Shown here: positions 1 through 13,331 of the stretch, one piece after another
How positions within the stretch are numbered: the first letter of the stretch is position 1
Layout: the number at the start of each line of letters is the position of its first letter
Assembly: GCA_964658305.1 (NCBI GenBank)
Contig: OZ210885.1
Span: forward strand, 7,502,001-7,566,000
Source: Leptogorgia sarmentosa
Taxonomy: Eukaryota
Length of the DNA: 64,000 bases
Direction of reading: 5' to 3'
Program-made: the position numbers and the translations under genes
The notes under the pieces: generated by a model
What the model was told of the DNA's origin: nothing
Database searches by the model: none
Seen by the model: the letters and a program-made list of their open reading frames with translations, nothing else

Positions 1-81
1 TCAAACATGAAAATATTGCAAAAAATAATTTATAACCGCGTCTCAGAAGACATTTTCTTGAACGAAAATTCACATATTTTG

Positions 82-250
82 CTACTCGCTATCTATCGAG
101 GAATAGATAGCGAGTAGAGTAGCCAATCAAATTGCACCATTTGCAATAGCACTCGCTATCGATTTCTACGAGATGATAGTTGATTCGGGCTTCGCCCTCA
201 TCAACTATCACCTCATAGAAATCTCGAGCTCGTAATCTAATTGTTAATTA
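82..250. mobile_element. Hairpin-ended non-autonomous element end (Crypton-type, inferred)
   Basis: Perfect 15-bp stem CTACTCGCTATCTAT/ATAGATAGCGAGTAG (82-116), an imperfect hairpin at ~164-219 with apex GGGC-TTC-GCCC, and terminus TAATTGTTAATTA. Confidence 0.5.
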
Positions 251-547
251 GTATACACCCAACCATCGTCTATTACAAATGCTACATTCTAATTGGCTAC
301 CAGTCGTTGTCTTTTGCGTGATACACCACGGTTCGCGAAAAAGCAATGGAAAACAATATGGCTACTGCAGAAAACTCGCGTTTTGCTAAGGTTTCTGAAA
401 AATTTTCTTTATATAAATCATTCTGCGCATAGAGTGTATACTAAAACAATTAGACAACTCGGCTTCATTGTCTACTTGTTAAATAGACGTTGTACTAGAA
501 TAGCTAATTAAAAGAACGTTTTAGAACATATAACCAATGCCATGTTG

Positions 548-2440
548 CTACATTGATGTCATGGATTTATATGGTCCTGTAATAATATTAGATAGGAATT
601 TATTCATACCTTGCAACTTTATGTCTCTAAAATTCCGCCCCTTGAACTGGCCAGCCTTCCCTTCACCCACAGCTACAAGAAGATTCCCAACGATTGCCAT
701 TTCGATAGTGCTCTCTTGTAGCCGGTAAAAATGTTTATGAATTTGGATGTCATGGCCAAGATGCCTGGCCAGCCATCCAATTTCTGCTTCGTTCATGTCC
801 ACAATCTGCGAGACGGTGGCCACGTATTTCCTCAGCTTTGTCGAGGTAAGCTGCTCTGGATTCTTGAGTTCGACATGGCGAACTACATTTGCAATGGCTT
901 GGCATCCTCTGATGTTATTCTTAGAATTGTCATTATTGACGGCGAAGACATATGGGTTATCCGGATGAACGCCAACTTCATCACGAGTTTTAATTAATAT
1001 TTGAATTGCTCTTTGTACCTCTGGGGTAAGGATAATGGGAACCTTTTGGTTACGCTTCCCCATGATTTCGACGAGATCAAACCTTGACAGAAAGCAATGT
1101 AAATTGGTTATGTTAACTGTAAATATCAATATTAGTCCTTCTCAAACGTAATATTTGCAAAACCAAAATGAAAAGGTCTTTGTACGTTTGCAATTTATCA
1201 AAATTAATGCTAATTTCATAGAACGATTCCACATTAACAAATTTTAGTTATTTTTCGCTCAAATATTCTCACGTCATATTTCAAAATTCAATTTAGGCCT
1301 TTTGATACAACCCGAAATGATGTTCAAAAATATGAAATTCACAAAATTTAATAAATTTTAGCTCTTTTATGTAGCCGTATTAACATGCTAGCCAATTATT
1401 GAAATGACAAATGGTTTATGAATTATTAATGATGTTTAAATAATAATCAACACTTGGTAGTTGTAAAGCAAAAAAATCTGAAAAAACGCTGGAAAGCTGA
1501 TAAGCATGTGTCTTCAGTGAAGTTGTTAATTAAAGTCGTTGGTTTCAGTTTAAAAAAAGGCCCAAATTTCAAGAGATCCAAATTTTGATCAAAGACTCTC
1601 CTGTATCCATACAGTTTTGACTCCTTGCATCGCAATGAGGAAATGTTAGTATTTCTTCATTTTCAGTCCGAGGACGCACGCACTCCTGAAGAGTTCATTT
1701 TCACACCATCGCTCGATACTCACGAAAATATGGGTATTTGCATAGTTTGTGACGAAAATACCACAATGATTTAATAAATAATTATTAAATTATTATTATT
1801 AATAATTCTTAATTATTATTGAGGAAATAATTTAAACAACGTTTTATCGATGTTTCTCATTGTCGAATGTCGAGACAAGCCCCAGCTGACTGACTGACTT
1901 AAGGGCTAATTCTCTAAGCATATTGCTTCCCTGACGAGTATTAAACGATTTCGCTATCAATTAATGTTAAGTAGCTAACCTTATCCATCTGTTATTGTCG
2001 GAGTTTGACCAAGTACTCAGTAAGGGGCAGTGTCTCTGGCTTGTTATGTTTCCTATAAGCCAGAGCATTCAGCGCATTACTGGATACCTTCTCCGACCAT
2101 TCGCCGTCGAAGAGACTGAGGAAATCATCAACGTCTTTCTTGATGTTGGAATCACGACAGCGAATGGCCTGCCCTTTCCCTATGAGTGCTGCTTTTTTTT
2201 GTTGCATACCCGATTTTTTGGCACTCGATGGGGCTTTGTATTGATTTAAATTACGCTCTTTTTTGTCAAAGCCGCTGACTGTTCGGGTCGCTTCCACGAA
2301 TTTATCAAAAAACTCTGGTTTAACTGCCTGCTTCAACTGCAATGCAGGCACATGGCACAACTGCCTCAGCTGCATTAGCAGTCGTGCCAGATCCCGCATA
2401 TGTTGCGAAATTAAGTTGACCTTTTCACTACCATGTAGTG
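548..2440 (-). pseudogene. Decayed Crypton-like tyrosine recombinase (phage-integrase fold)
   Basis: ORF 548-1129: VEIMGKRNQKVPIILT, NPYVFA, LTSTKLRKYVAT, LARHLGHDIQIHKHFY (K, R, H and Y catalytic positions). ORF 1992-2399: MRDLARLL...EWSEKVSSNAL...NKPETLPLTEYL, the helical region typical of this animal YR family. The connecting segment (1620-1980), which should hold the first catalytic Arg, is disrupted. Confidence 0.8.
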
Positions 2441-2597
2441 AAAAGTATCATTAAATTATAGTAATAGATGCCGTACATGAATTTGTAGCCATTCGTAAAG
2501 AACATTTACAGAAAAATTACTTAAAAATAGCTTTCGAAGGAAAACATGTCGTTGTAGCTTCAGCAGTTGCAAAATTTATGATCCAACGTGGATGTCG

Positions 2598-2982
2598 CAC
2601 AGCAGAAATTTATTTTGGGATCACTTTCTTTGGGATACTTAGTAACCGCGCGTACTTTATATGTTGTATTGCAAAATCTATTCATATAGAAGGTTTTTAC
2701 CGGCAATTTTGTCGAGCTTCATTGGCTCAGAGGTTCTGGTCCCGACTCGCCAGCAGCGACCCTGCAGGTTCGAATCTCGTGTGTTGGCTTTTTGTCATTT
2801 TGTGTTTTTTTTCAAGCTTTTTTTCTCAGCATTTTGTTGTTAGGGTCAGAATTACTGTTTGAGCCTGGATTAGAAAAACAAAAAGAAAATACAATATTTT
2901 CTTTTTACAGTCAGAATTGCCATATAATATTCTCGACCCAGTACCTCCCGAGCAAAGTGATCCAAAAAAAAATTTCTGCTGT
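2598..2982. mobile_element. TIR MITE (CACAGCAGAAATTT...; animal EnSpm-like) inserted into an older repeat
   Basis: About 40-bp imperfect TIR acagcagaaatttattttgggatcacttt / aaagtgatccaaaaaaaaatttctgctgt with a 2-3 bp duplication (cg/cgc). The uninterrupted host sequence is present inverted at ~24000-24210. Confidence 0.7.
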
Positions 2983-5900
2983 CGCACATCATTTGCGAAT
3001 GCGCAGCACTGCGATTATCATGTATTTAGCAAGTCAAGAATTTCGCGTCACACCTGTACGCTGACCGATTAAGCAAGCTAGTATATTGTCCAAGTTCATT
3101 AAAATTCAGAATACAGGTAATAGAAGAATAATGTGAAGAATAGAATACAACCTTGTAGAATACAACTCTTGGGATCGTACGTTTTGCTTTTTGATTCAAG
3201 ATCATTTTCCCTGTCCTATCAGGTATAAAAGCCCTTGGCATTGCACTGACTGCAGTCAGCTGTATTTACCTTGATCGTATCTGCTCGGTGCGTCATGAAA
3301 CGATATTCCCGTTGCATATTTTTGGTCATACATTCGAGAATCAAGAATCTCTTTACAAAGTCTCTCTACAGCTTTGCTTTCTCACTTCAAAGGTTATTCC
3401 ACGAAATATAGCCCACCAATCCCGTCTGTTTTGTCTACCTTATAGTATTAATACAGCAACTGCATGGCTCTAACAGACGATGGTTTAACAACGTCCGTGT
3501 TATTTGTTGCTTGTTCTGTATCTCTATTAAAACCTTCCATTATTGAACACGTTTCGCATTTAGAAGAAGAAATATACAAGCTAATGTCTTGTGATCAGTG
3601 AATTTTGTTGTTATTCATTATATGTCTTACTTACTATGCACACGTCACAAGGCCGGAATTTTTGGTACCAGTCCTTCATCATGTAAAATGTCCTATAGCC
3701 CAACTTTAGCCTAAAATTCACAAACTTCTCGTTCGACGTTGTCAACAAGATTGGTATCAATATGCTCCGCAAAGATGGAATTTTCAGATCATGTAAAAAA
3801 ATTCGAAATATTCATCTTGTATACACTTTAATGGGTTCATTAATGTCTGAGTGTGATGACTAAACATGTAACAGGTAGATAACAACCAGCAAAACTCTTT
3901 GCTCATGACCTACATAATTGATACAAAAAGGTTTGATATTTCGAACGACTGCCCACTTCGCCAGGAATTATTGTGGGAGGTGAGGGACACATGTTTTATA
4001 TATACACGTGCATTAAAGGGGCACTGTCACACCGAAAAGCTGAGATTCGAAATGTATAAAATAGGTACACCAAGTGACATGTATCTGCGCGCAAGTTACC
4101 AGCTGATACAAACTTGTCATTGCGCGACCTGTCGAATCTGTCCCGCATATGTGTCACCTTGCATGTATAAAATAGCATACAAATAGCGCGACTATTTTCC
4201 CGAAAATAGTGCTTCCTAAGGCGCGAGGTTGTGCTTTGAGTACTTGATATAAGCTTTCATAAATACATTCTGCGAATATCAAATTGCATTGGAATTGAAA
4301 CTGGGCGACATAGCTACGATATGGCATATTTTAAAGACCTTCAATTTTATTGATGTTGTCGCGAAATATGTGGCTTTCTAGTGACCAAGTTTACCCTTTG
4401 TATAAGACCACTTACATGCAACATATTCTGTCCATGTTTTTAAATTGTCCATGTCGTTTTAAAATATAATTGCGCACTTCCTGAGATGTAGAATGTGAAA
4501 ATTGATTGCCTAAACTTTCGTATTTGAAGGCTACACTTTACATTCTATTGGGGCAAACATTGCAACATAACATGCTGCTGTTTTGAATGATTTTTCGAAC
4601 TGTAATGGCACATTTACTGGGATTTATATCGCAATGCAACCGCAATGCTACGAGAGTAAATTTACAGAATCGCAACTTCTAATTCGACGAAATAACACGC
4701 TGCTGCTATAATTGCAATTGTACATTTAATAATAGTTAATCAGAAAGACAAAATTGTTTGTCTAAACGTTCGCATTTCAACACTACACTTTACATTTTTT
4801 CGGCAAAAGCAATGCAACATCGCCTCCGCTCCTCCACGGCCGCCATCTTGTCGTTACGTCATCTCAAAAGTATTTAACGAACTTAACAAGCGCGATAGCA
4901 TTTATCTGCGCAAGCGCAGATACAAAAATAGGCACGCACAATGCGTGCATACGTCTGCGTTGATGCTATACATTTTGAAACTCACTGTACGATACAAATA
5001 TTGCAATCCGAAAATATAGGGAATGTGACGCAACAAAGTTTCAAATGTTATTCTTATTCTAAATCCCCCTCCAGGCTGGATGAGTGAAAATGCTTTAGAA
5101 ATCGCTTTACCGAAGCTTTGAAATGAGTCCTTCGAATGAACGTTAGAACAACGCACACTGGCACAGCTTGTCAGTGAAACACGCCACAGTAAATCACATA
5201 CGTCACCAGTTATTTAGTTGACAGTTCGATACATCATCGGTAGTAAAAACAACGCTTGAGTGTTTGTGTTTACCTTGAGAGCTCGTGATGTCAAAATACG
5301 TCATATTCGTTGTTGAAACACAGCCAGCCAGAAATTTTACGCTTACATAGCCTCTACGTTGCTATAGCAACGTAGACGCAAAAAGTATCCCGAATTCCTA
5401 AGCACATATAAACATTTTAACTTAAAGGTGATGTCCACTCCGTTCTGCGCATCGGTTCTGCTCATAACAAATCGGGACCCGCAGATATAACATTGCAAAA
5501 ATTTTGTAATGTTCCGAACTTTTTTTGAATCAAAACTCTGGTTTATATCCATTTATGACCATAGCAAACCAAAACAGCGTTAGATATGCTGTTAGTATTA
5601 TCATATTTTACAAATATAGGTGTTCAAAATGTCAACAAAGCATTTGTTTACATTATGAGTGGAGGGCACCTTTAAGTAACAAAACATATGTTATGCGAAA
5701 ATAATGTTTTTTACCTTCCGCGGTATTCATTGGAAAGCAAATGGGCCGCGAACACTGTCATTCGACCCCACATACGTACTGTATTTGGTTCCGGTTTTGT
5801 AGCTATTCATGAGATGTACATATTTTCAGCAATACATAACTGCGTTTATGCTGCTAATTACTAAGTTTCTGCGCATTATTGGCACTTTTACATATTTCTC

Positions 5901-8900
5901 GAGTTTTCCACCAGCTTGCGCCCAGCTTACAAACGATCATCAAATTTAAAATTTGTTCAACGCGAATCCCTAATACGCGATATTTAATGTATGAAATGAT
6001 ATACTGCTAGGGGATAGGGAAATTGCGATTGTTGGTGAAAAATGCGGCTTTCCAAAGACCAAGTTTACCTTTTGTATGAATTAAAACCATATTATATCTC
6101 ATTATTCTGTTCATTTACGTAGCATTTGCGTATATGTGCATGCGTAATATAAATTGCACCAACTCGTTTCATCACAAACTACAAAATACAAGGTATTTTT
6201 TCTGTTTTCCTGGCAATGGGATTGAATCTTCCAACTGTTCTGTATAGCGAAGCGTCAAAATAATGAACATTTTGCGTGACACTGTGAATCATGTCAATGC
6301 CGACACGCTCAAAGTATCGTACGGAAAATATAATACGTGCAGTTTTGTCAAGACAGTAATATGTGTTCAAGGTAACACAAAGTATAATTTGCACATGATA
6401 TTTATGCTTCGTTGCTGTTTAAGCTTGTGTTCAAAATGATACAGTGTATAATTTGCGTCATGATATTTTTGCATCGATGATCGACGATATAAATTTCCAT
6501 AGTAAATAGTATTCTAGACGGCGTAAAAGCTCATTAATAAACCTCTATTTCTGCTAAAGTACTCGTCGCTCCGGCAATTGTATTTTCTTCTTATCTGGCT
6601 TTTTTTAACTAAATAAATCCCCGATCAAACATATCACCACTATTTAGATCGCGCCTGCATCAGTCATCATTTTGTTATATTCAGCCCGCAAGATCGTGCT
6701 TTGCCCCAGTGTCAAACATTTCAACACACAAACACAACACGATAGCAATTATATATCTGCGTGACTGCGTGCGCAGACACAAAAACCAAATTGGGAAACT
6801 ATTCAAAACAAGGATGTTAATATGTCAACTCTCCGAAAAATATTTGCGTTTCTCTTTAACTCTCAACACTGATTCTCGACCAATAAGGGTCACTTGCTGC
6901 TTGTCGATTTCGTAACCCGCTGGTAATACTGAGCACACATACTGAAGTTTGTTACTAGACAATCAACTTACCCACCTTAATTTATTTTATTTTATAATCC
7001 AAGGAAACTAAATCCACCAGACCAATTTGGCAGCCTTAATTCTGGTTCAAAATCAAATTTCCCGAACTATGAATTCTTGTTAGAAGATACCAACAGCTGA
7101 AACAATCACATTTCTATATGGAAATAAACGGTGCAAAGCCGCTGTTAATTTTGACAATTTATTGGTATTTTATAGACCAACTAAATGTTGTTGTATAACA
7201 TGGTTCAAACCAAAATATCAGTGTAGACAAGATATATCTTTATGAACCTGAAGTTATTACTCAACAACTGACCTGGACTGGAATCTCAGGGTTACAAGAT
7301 ATTTCAATTCCTGACAATCAGGTTTCATAGAAACAGTTTATAAATTTATCATTAGCTATCAAATCTGACAATGAAAATTCCAACTATAAAATGCTGGGGG
7401 ATCAACCATGTATATGGTGAGTGTTTATGGATAATTGAGGACTTTTGACACATGTATTGCATGATGGGATGATTGGGATCACTTTCCTAGTAAGGGATGG
7501 TTTACATCAGTCCAGATCAAGTTTTGATCCAGAAACAAACTCACTTTTAGTTCGACAGTTTATTTACATGCAAAATGGGATTTAAGAAATGGGAAAATGT
7601 GCTGCACAAAAACATGCATGATTTGCTTTGCACCCCAGTCACACTTCGTTCTGCAATAAAATTGGATCTCATGTTCAATGCATTTTTTTGGATTAGCATT
7701 TGAATCTATTAAGATTGGATGTTTGAAAGCAAAACCAAATTCAAAATGGACTCAATCCAGAATGAGTTGCTTAATACAGGTTCATGTACCCTAATCTAAT
7801 CCAATCCCTTATGATTTCAAAACAGAAATGAAATACGTTTGATCTAAATCAGGTAAACAGACACAAAATGCAATTGTCACTTGAAATATGCAGTGAAATA
7901 TAACATCAGTATAAGTTTGGGGTAAATCAATAAGCTTTAATAGAACTTCACTAAATGTGAAAAATTTTCAGGAGAGTTAATGTGAAAATTTTCAGGAGAA
8001 AATTTTCATGTGTCTTATTATTGAGTGAAAATTATACACATATAGGGGCACCAGATAGACTGAGAAGTTTCAGGGGCATTTCATGTGTTTTTTAACAAAA
8101 TCGTTGAAAAATCAATTCACCCTGCAATGTTAGGGCAGGGACGAAAGCCCCTTTTACACAGCAATGTTTTTCTGACCATGTTTATTGGGAATTTTTGACA
8201 AAATTATCTTGACAAATGCATGTGTTCAAAAGCTGGTTGGTTAGCTTTTGAGCAAGTGCATTTGAGACAGGAAATTTGTCAAAGAAAATTTGGTTGTGTT
8301 ACTTGTCTAAAAGGGCATTATAGTTGATGAATTTTTCTCAAATGTTCCTGATTGCAGTTATGGACATATTGTATTAGGATACTAGCTGTATACGGCTTTC
8401 ATCGATACTTAAACACAATCAACACATTACCACTCAGTATATGTTATATTGAATTGTAAATTGTAATTGAATAGTGGTTATTATGATGATAGTAAATTTC
8501 CATATTTGAGCATCACAACAGAATGCATGACATTATTGTGGGCTAGCTTGCACATCTTGCACTAAATCATTTGGACGACACAGAAGAACAAAGGGCTCAG
8601 CTTTTTAATGTGAAAAATTGTGGCAATCAATATCATCTATGATATAACAAACCATAAAAATTTAATGACACATGAAAAAAATGCATGTCTACATTGGTAT
8701 TCAACAAAATGTACACATAACTGTATATTTTGCAAGCATTTTGATTTCATCAAATGAAACAAATGTTAAAGTGTCCACAATCAAGTTGGTAACAGACAGA
8801 GAAATTTAAATATGCAATCGCATGAATGTATATAATAAAATACTCCAATGATCACACGATAATGGTCTCAAGAAGTCAAGTTGGCAAAATATAACTATAA

Positions 8901-9169
8901 CAATATTGTGACATTATTTACCTTAAATTGCGACTTTTCTACGTCCGTGAAGCGGAACAACGAAGGGTTGTGAAACGATTTGGAATCTTGCTCGAAAGAT
9001 AAGCAATAAATTTCCTTTTGAGGTTGTAAAATACTTCAGTTCTAGCTGCTGGCAAGAAGAACAAACTAAACGCAGCACCCTATCAGCATGTTTGATTTCA
9101 CGCCGGCTGAAAGCCGCAAAAAATGTCACCGTTTGCTCGGCTGCCAGCCGGGTTGTCTGTAGCCTGCGC

Positions 9170-10410
9170 GCAGTCCACTGAGCTAAAGAAAGACTGAAGA
9201 GAGTGCACCATTGAACTATATATAACTGGAAGGCTACCTTAATATTAACGACAGAGCAAAAACTGAAGCCAAAATTTTGCGTGGAATTACCCCCAGACAC
9301 GCGTGTCTGGGGGTAATTTCACGCGAGTTCAGCTGCGCGACATTCTCGCTTGTTCGGAAAACAAAGAATGATTTGTTTTGGCCGTGTTTACATTGCGTGA
9401 GAAGATTGGGGCCGATATCACAGAGTATATTTCATACAGAGATATAACTGATGTAAATCAATATGAAAAAACTCGCATTTTCACGTACCCACTTTTTTTT
9501 CAATGCGATCGGCAAAAAATGATCAACTGCGCATGCTTGGCAAGTTTAAATTTAGTCGTCATCAGGTCGTCATCCAATCAGATGCACGCATCTAGTAACT
9601 TGCCGAGCATGCGCACAAAAATAGTGGGTACAACAGATACATCTCTGTATGATATATACTCTGTGCCGATATTGCATATTTCGGCTTCAAATTTCCGGCC
9701 GGAAGTAGCCTTTCAGTTTTATTTAGTTCAATGGAGTGCACTCGACTTTTTCCATACAAAGGGGTGAAGCCAGAAACATGGCGGATTTTACCGTTGCTGA
9801 CGCCACTGGTTCCTATTTCTCATATAATTTCCACTGACCAACAGCGGTCTCATGTTTCCGACGACGATTTTCCCTCTTTGTTTTTGTAAAAAAAGCCGAA
9901 ATTTTGTTTTTATGTTGAAAAAATCAACACGAAAAGGTAGAATATTTGCACGGCTGAAACGGTTTCACAATCCTTATATAAAAGCACAGTTTTTTTCAAC
10001 CAGAAAGGTATATGTAATCCCTTTTTTATGCAAAAAAATGAATAAAATATTTTCTAAAAAGACTACCTTTCAAGTTTCAAATGAGATTTTCGAGCTCTGA
10101 ATATCTATGTCGCTTAATTTTTAACTAACTAGAATAGATGTCGCCACTTCTCCAGTCGTCTTGAAGGCAGCAAATGATATCAGAATGTCAAAAAAGGAAG
10201 AAAAACCGAAAAATCCTTTGTAAAAAACAAAATATTTTCGCCAAAACAAATCTTTAGTGGGCTCAAAGTTAGTTGTGGTCAGTGGTGCTCCAATGAAAAT
10301 TAGGAACCAGTGGCGTGGATATGACGTGGCATGCATGAATCCACGCCATAATTTTGGCTTCACTTTTTGATGCCGTGCATTCTCTCCAGTAATTCTTTAG
10401 CTCAGTGGCG
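9170..10410. repeat. Element with long nested imperfect inverted repeats
   Basis: 9175-9290 is inverted relative to 10338-10408; 9201-9237 to 9706-9743; 9765-9845 to 10270-10361. Contains a perfect 34-bp palindrome at 9285-9318. Confidence 0.55.
9419..9665. mobile_element. P-element-like MITE
   Basis: TIR CACAGAGTATAT.TCATACAGAGAT / ATCTCTGTATGA.ATATACTCTGTG, flanked by 7-bp direct repeat CCGATAT (9412-9418, 9666-9672). Confidence 0.7.
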
Positions 10411-13331
10411 CAGTCTCAACGGGGGCGGGAAGGAGTTAAAATTGCCCCATTAGTTATTGGTTGATTGAGAAGGCTGTATCAGGCCATATTGCAGTTGAAT
10501 GCTCTAACTGAGCATTCTGGATGACTTTTTTGTTAACTCGTTAAAAACACAGTGGTTTTCGCTTGTCAAATGAAATATGAATTGTCGGGCACTAGAATGT
10601 GTCCAAAGATAAAGTAGTACTGATCAAGGTGTATTTTCAATTGAATGGGTAAGTCATTGATAATCATCGCTTTTTTTGGTCAGTAAGTAATATCATCTGA
10701 CATCAGAGTAAAATAATAAGGTACATGGATTGGAGTTAATGAGTTCAAGCATTGACAATCAAGGTTATCTGCTTCAGTACCAATAAACATTTCCATCATG
10801 CACTAATGTAACCCAGCGGTATTCACGAGAGGCGTTGAGAGTTTGGCGATATATTCTGGTTTACTATTTTATAGCTAGATTTCCGCACCTATTTTTATTC
10901 CGAGTTAATCTATGACACTATACGGTATCTATTACTAATTTTGAATGTTTTTTAAGTCATAATTTTACAGTTACACCAACTAAATTATAACAGGAAGCCA
11001 AAATGATGTGCAATGCAATTTATAATTATCACAAGTTGTACGTAATAGAAAGAGGCCATAGTCAACTGTGAGGAAATTAAACTGAGTATGTTAACCCCCT
11101 GTCGATACTCTTGATTGAAGTTTTTGTTTCCCAAGCAACATGCCATGTATTTTTAACGTGTCAGGTTTCAATATTTCCTCGCATTGCTCTTGGCATACGT
11201 GCAGCCTAATGATTTATTTCCGCTTTCGTTTTGAAACTAAAAGAAGATTATCTATTTGGGATCCGAAGTCTTTACACTTTTATGTTTAGTACTTTGAACG
11301 TAAAGACCGTACGATATAGCACAAGAAAAGATTTATTCAAAATGTTGCGATAGACGTACACAAATAAAGGTAAGAAACATAATATTTCTAGTGTCAATTA
11401 GCCAACACGATTATTGTGGAATGCAGACAGTGTACACTCGCAAATGCCTTTGGAATGTGGTGCAAAATGATCTTCAAATATGTATACAATACGAGAAACA
11501 TGAATTGTTTTAAGATGGATAAATGTATGGATTCGAATTGAATATTTTCCCGTTTCAGCGTGTTATATAATGCTACCTACACATGTTATTGTTATAGTTT
11601 GCATAACCATAAGACAAGGCAAAAGCACAGACAAGGTCTACTCATATTTATTGAAATATGCAATACGAGACATGACTCAGAATGATTTGGAAGTATTTGC
11701 AACAATATTGTAGGTTTTAACACTGAAAAGGTTAACCTAACATAATTTTCCCATATCGCTCCTATATATAATGCACTGATATAATGACTGATTATTAGTG
11801 TGAAATTTTATAATATGCGCTGAAATATTCTCACTGTTATGATGTGAGATATCTGCGGATTCACCTACAAGTATCAGTTGCCTTTGTTCGTTGAAATCAC
11901 CGAAAGGTCTTGATCCTGATTTAGATTCATAGATTTACTATACACAGATTTATAGTAAATGTACATAATGATAATGTCACTGAACTTGAGTTGCATACTA
12001 TATTTTTTGGCTTCGGAGTTAATTACCATATCAAGAAAGGACGAAGTGGGGTGTGTACTAAGAAATGACTGAGAAATGACAGTAAATTTTATAAATTAAT
12101 ATATGGACAACGCAGGCGTAAATGAGGGTTTGAAAAGCTGCGATACAAAAACGCGGAACTTTATGGACTTATGGAGGTCGAGGTAGGCTTAGGAAATGAG
12201 CCAGATTAGAAGATTTAGCAGTTCTACTTATAAATGAATAACGTGATTGATAGAGACGACATTGACTGAGTGGTTATTTTCCATCCCTAAGTGCAGCTAT
12301 TGGAGTGAGCATTCATGTTGCCTTAAAGACATTTTATGCGCTTCATGCAATTGAAAACATTTCGGTTGCTAGCTCGCTGTGTCAGTCTAGCACATTATAA
12401 ACACACAATTCGTATCAATCATATTTCATATTGATCGCGGCTTCAAAGAACTGTTCCCAATGCGAATTTTCCATAACAACTACGGCCTCATTCTTTTGGA
12501 CACCACTACATTTATTACAATCACCAAAACATTTTACATACTGTACGTTATGACATAAAACGATATTTGCTGTATTAAAAATATTTCGATGGAAATGTAA
12601 CCTTTCTAGCTTGACTCGGCCAATGCGATTACTGCGGAATGCAGACTGCGTGTACTCGCGGATATTTTCCTATGCCTTTGCAATGTAGAGTAGAATACAA
12701 AGTCTTTAAAAATATCATATGAGAATTTTTAACTATTTTCTACAAGCGCAGCAGAGCCCCTGGCCCAGAGTGGGCTGTAGCTTCCTCAATTTTTTGTTGG
12801 GTTATAATATGCTAACAAGAATATAGGAAGACTGTTCGTATAATGTGCGCTTACAAATCGAAAGGATTACCGATCAAGAATGCCACACAAAATTGCTTAT
12901 GCTGAGCAGGTTTCGCGTTATATTTTGCACGATACTATCTATATTGATCCACAGTGAATGTGCAGAAATTAAAAATCATATTCTGGTATATCAGATGAAG
13001 TTTAAGTTGCGCGCTGTAGTTAGGAGACATGACTCAGAATGATTTGTAAGTATTTGCAGCAATATATAGTAGGTCTAGTAGGTTTTAAAACTGAAAAGGT
13101 TAACCTAACATAATTTTTACATATCGCTCATACATAATGCACGGATATAATGACCGATTATTAGTGTGAAATTTCATAATATGCGCTGAAATATTCTCAC
13201 TGTTATGATGTGAGATATCTGCTGATTCACCTACAAGTATCAGTTGCCTTTGTTCCTGTAAATCACCGAAAGGTCTTGATCCTGATTTATAGATTCATAC
13301 TGAGATTTACTATACACAGAGTTATAGTTAA

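Noticed and set aside
548..1129. Prophage or bacterial integrase contamination
   Set aside because: The surroundings are spliceosomal-intron genes and animal transposons, there are no phage genes, and the motifs fit a eukaryotic YR family.
2711..2790. tRNA gene
   Set aside because: A and B boxes are present but the acceptor and anticodon stems do not pair convincingly; kept only as a Pol III promoter-like relic.
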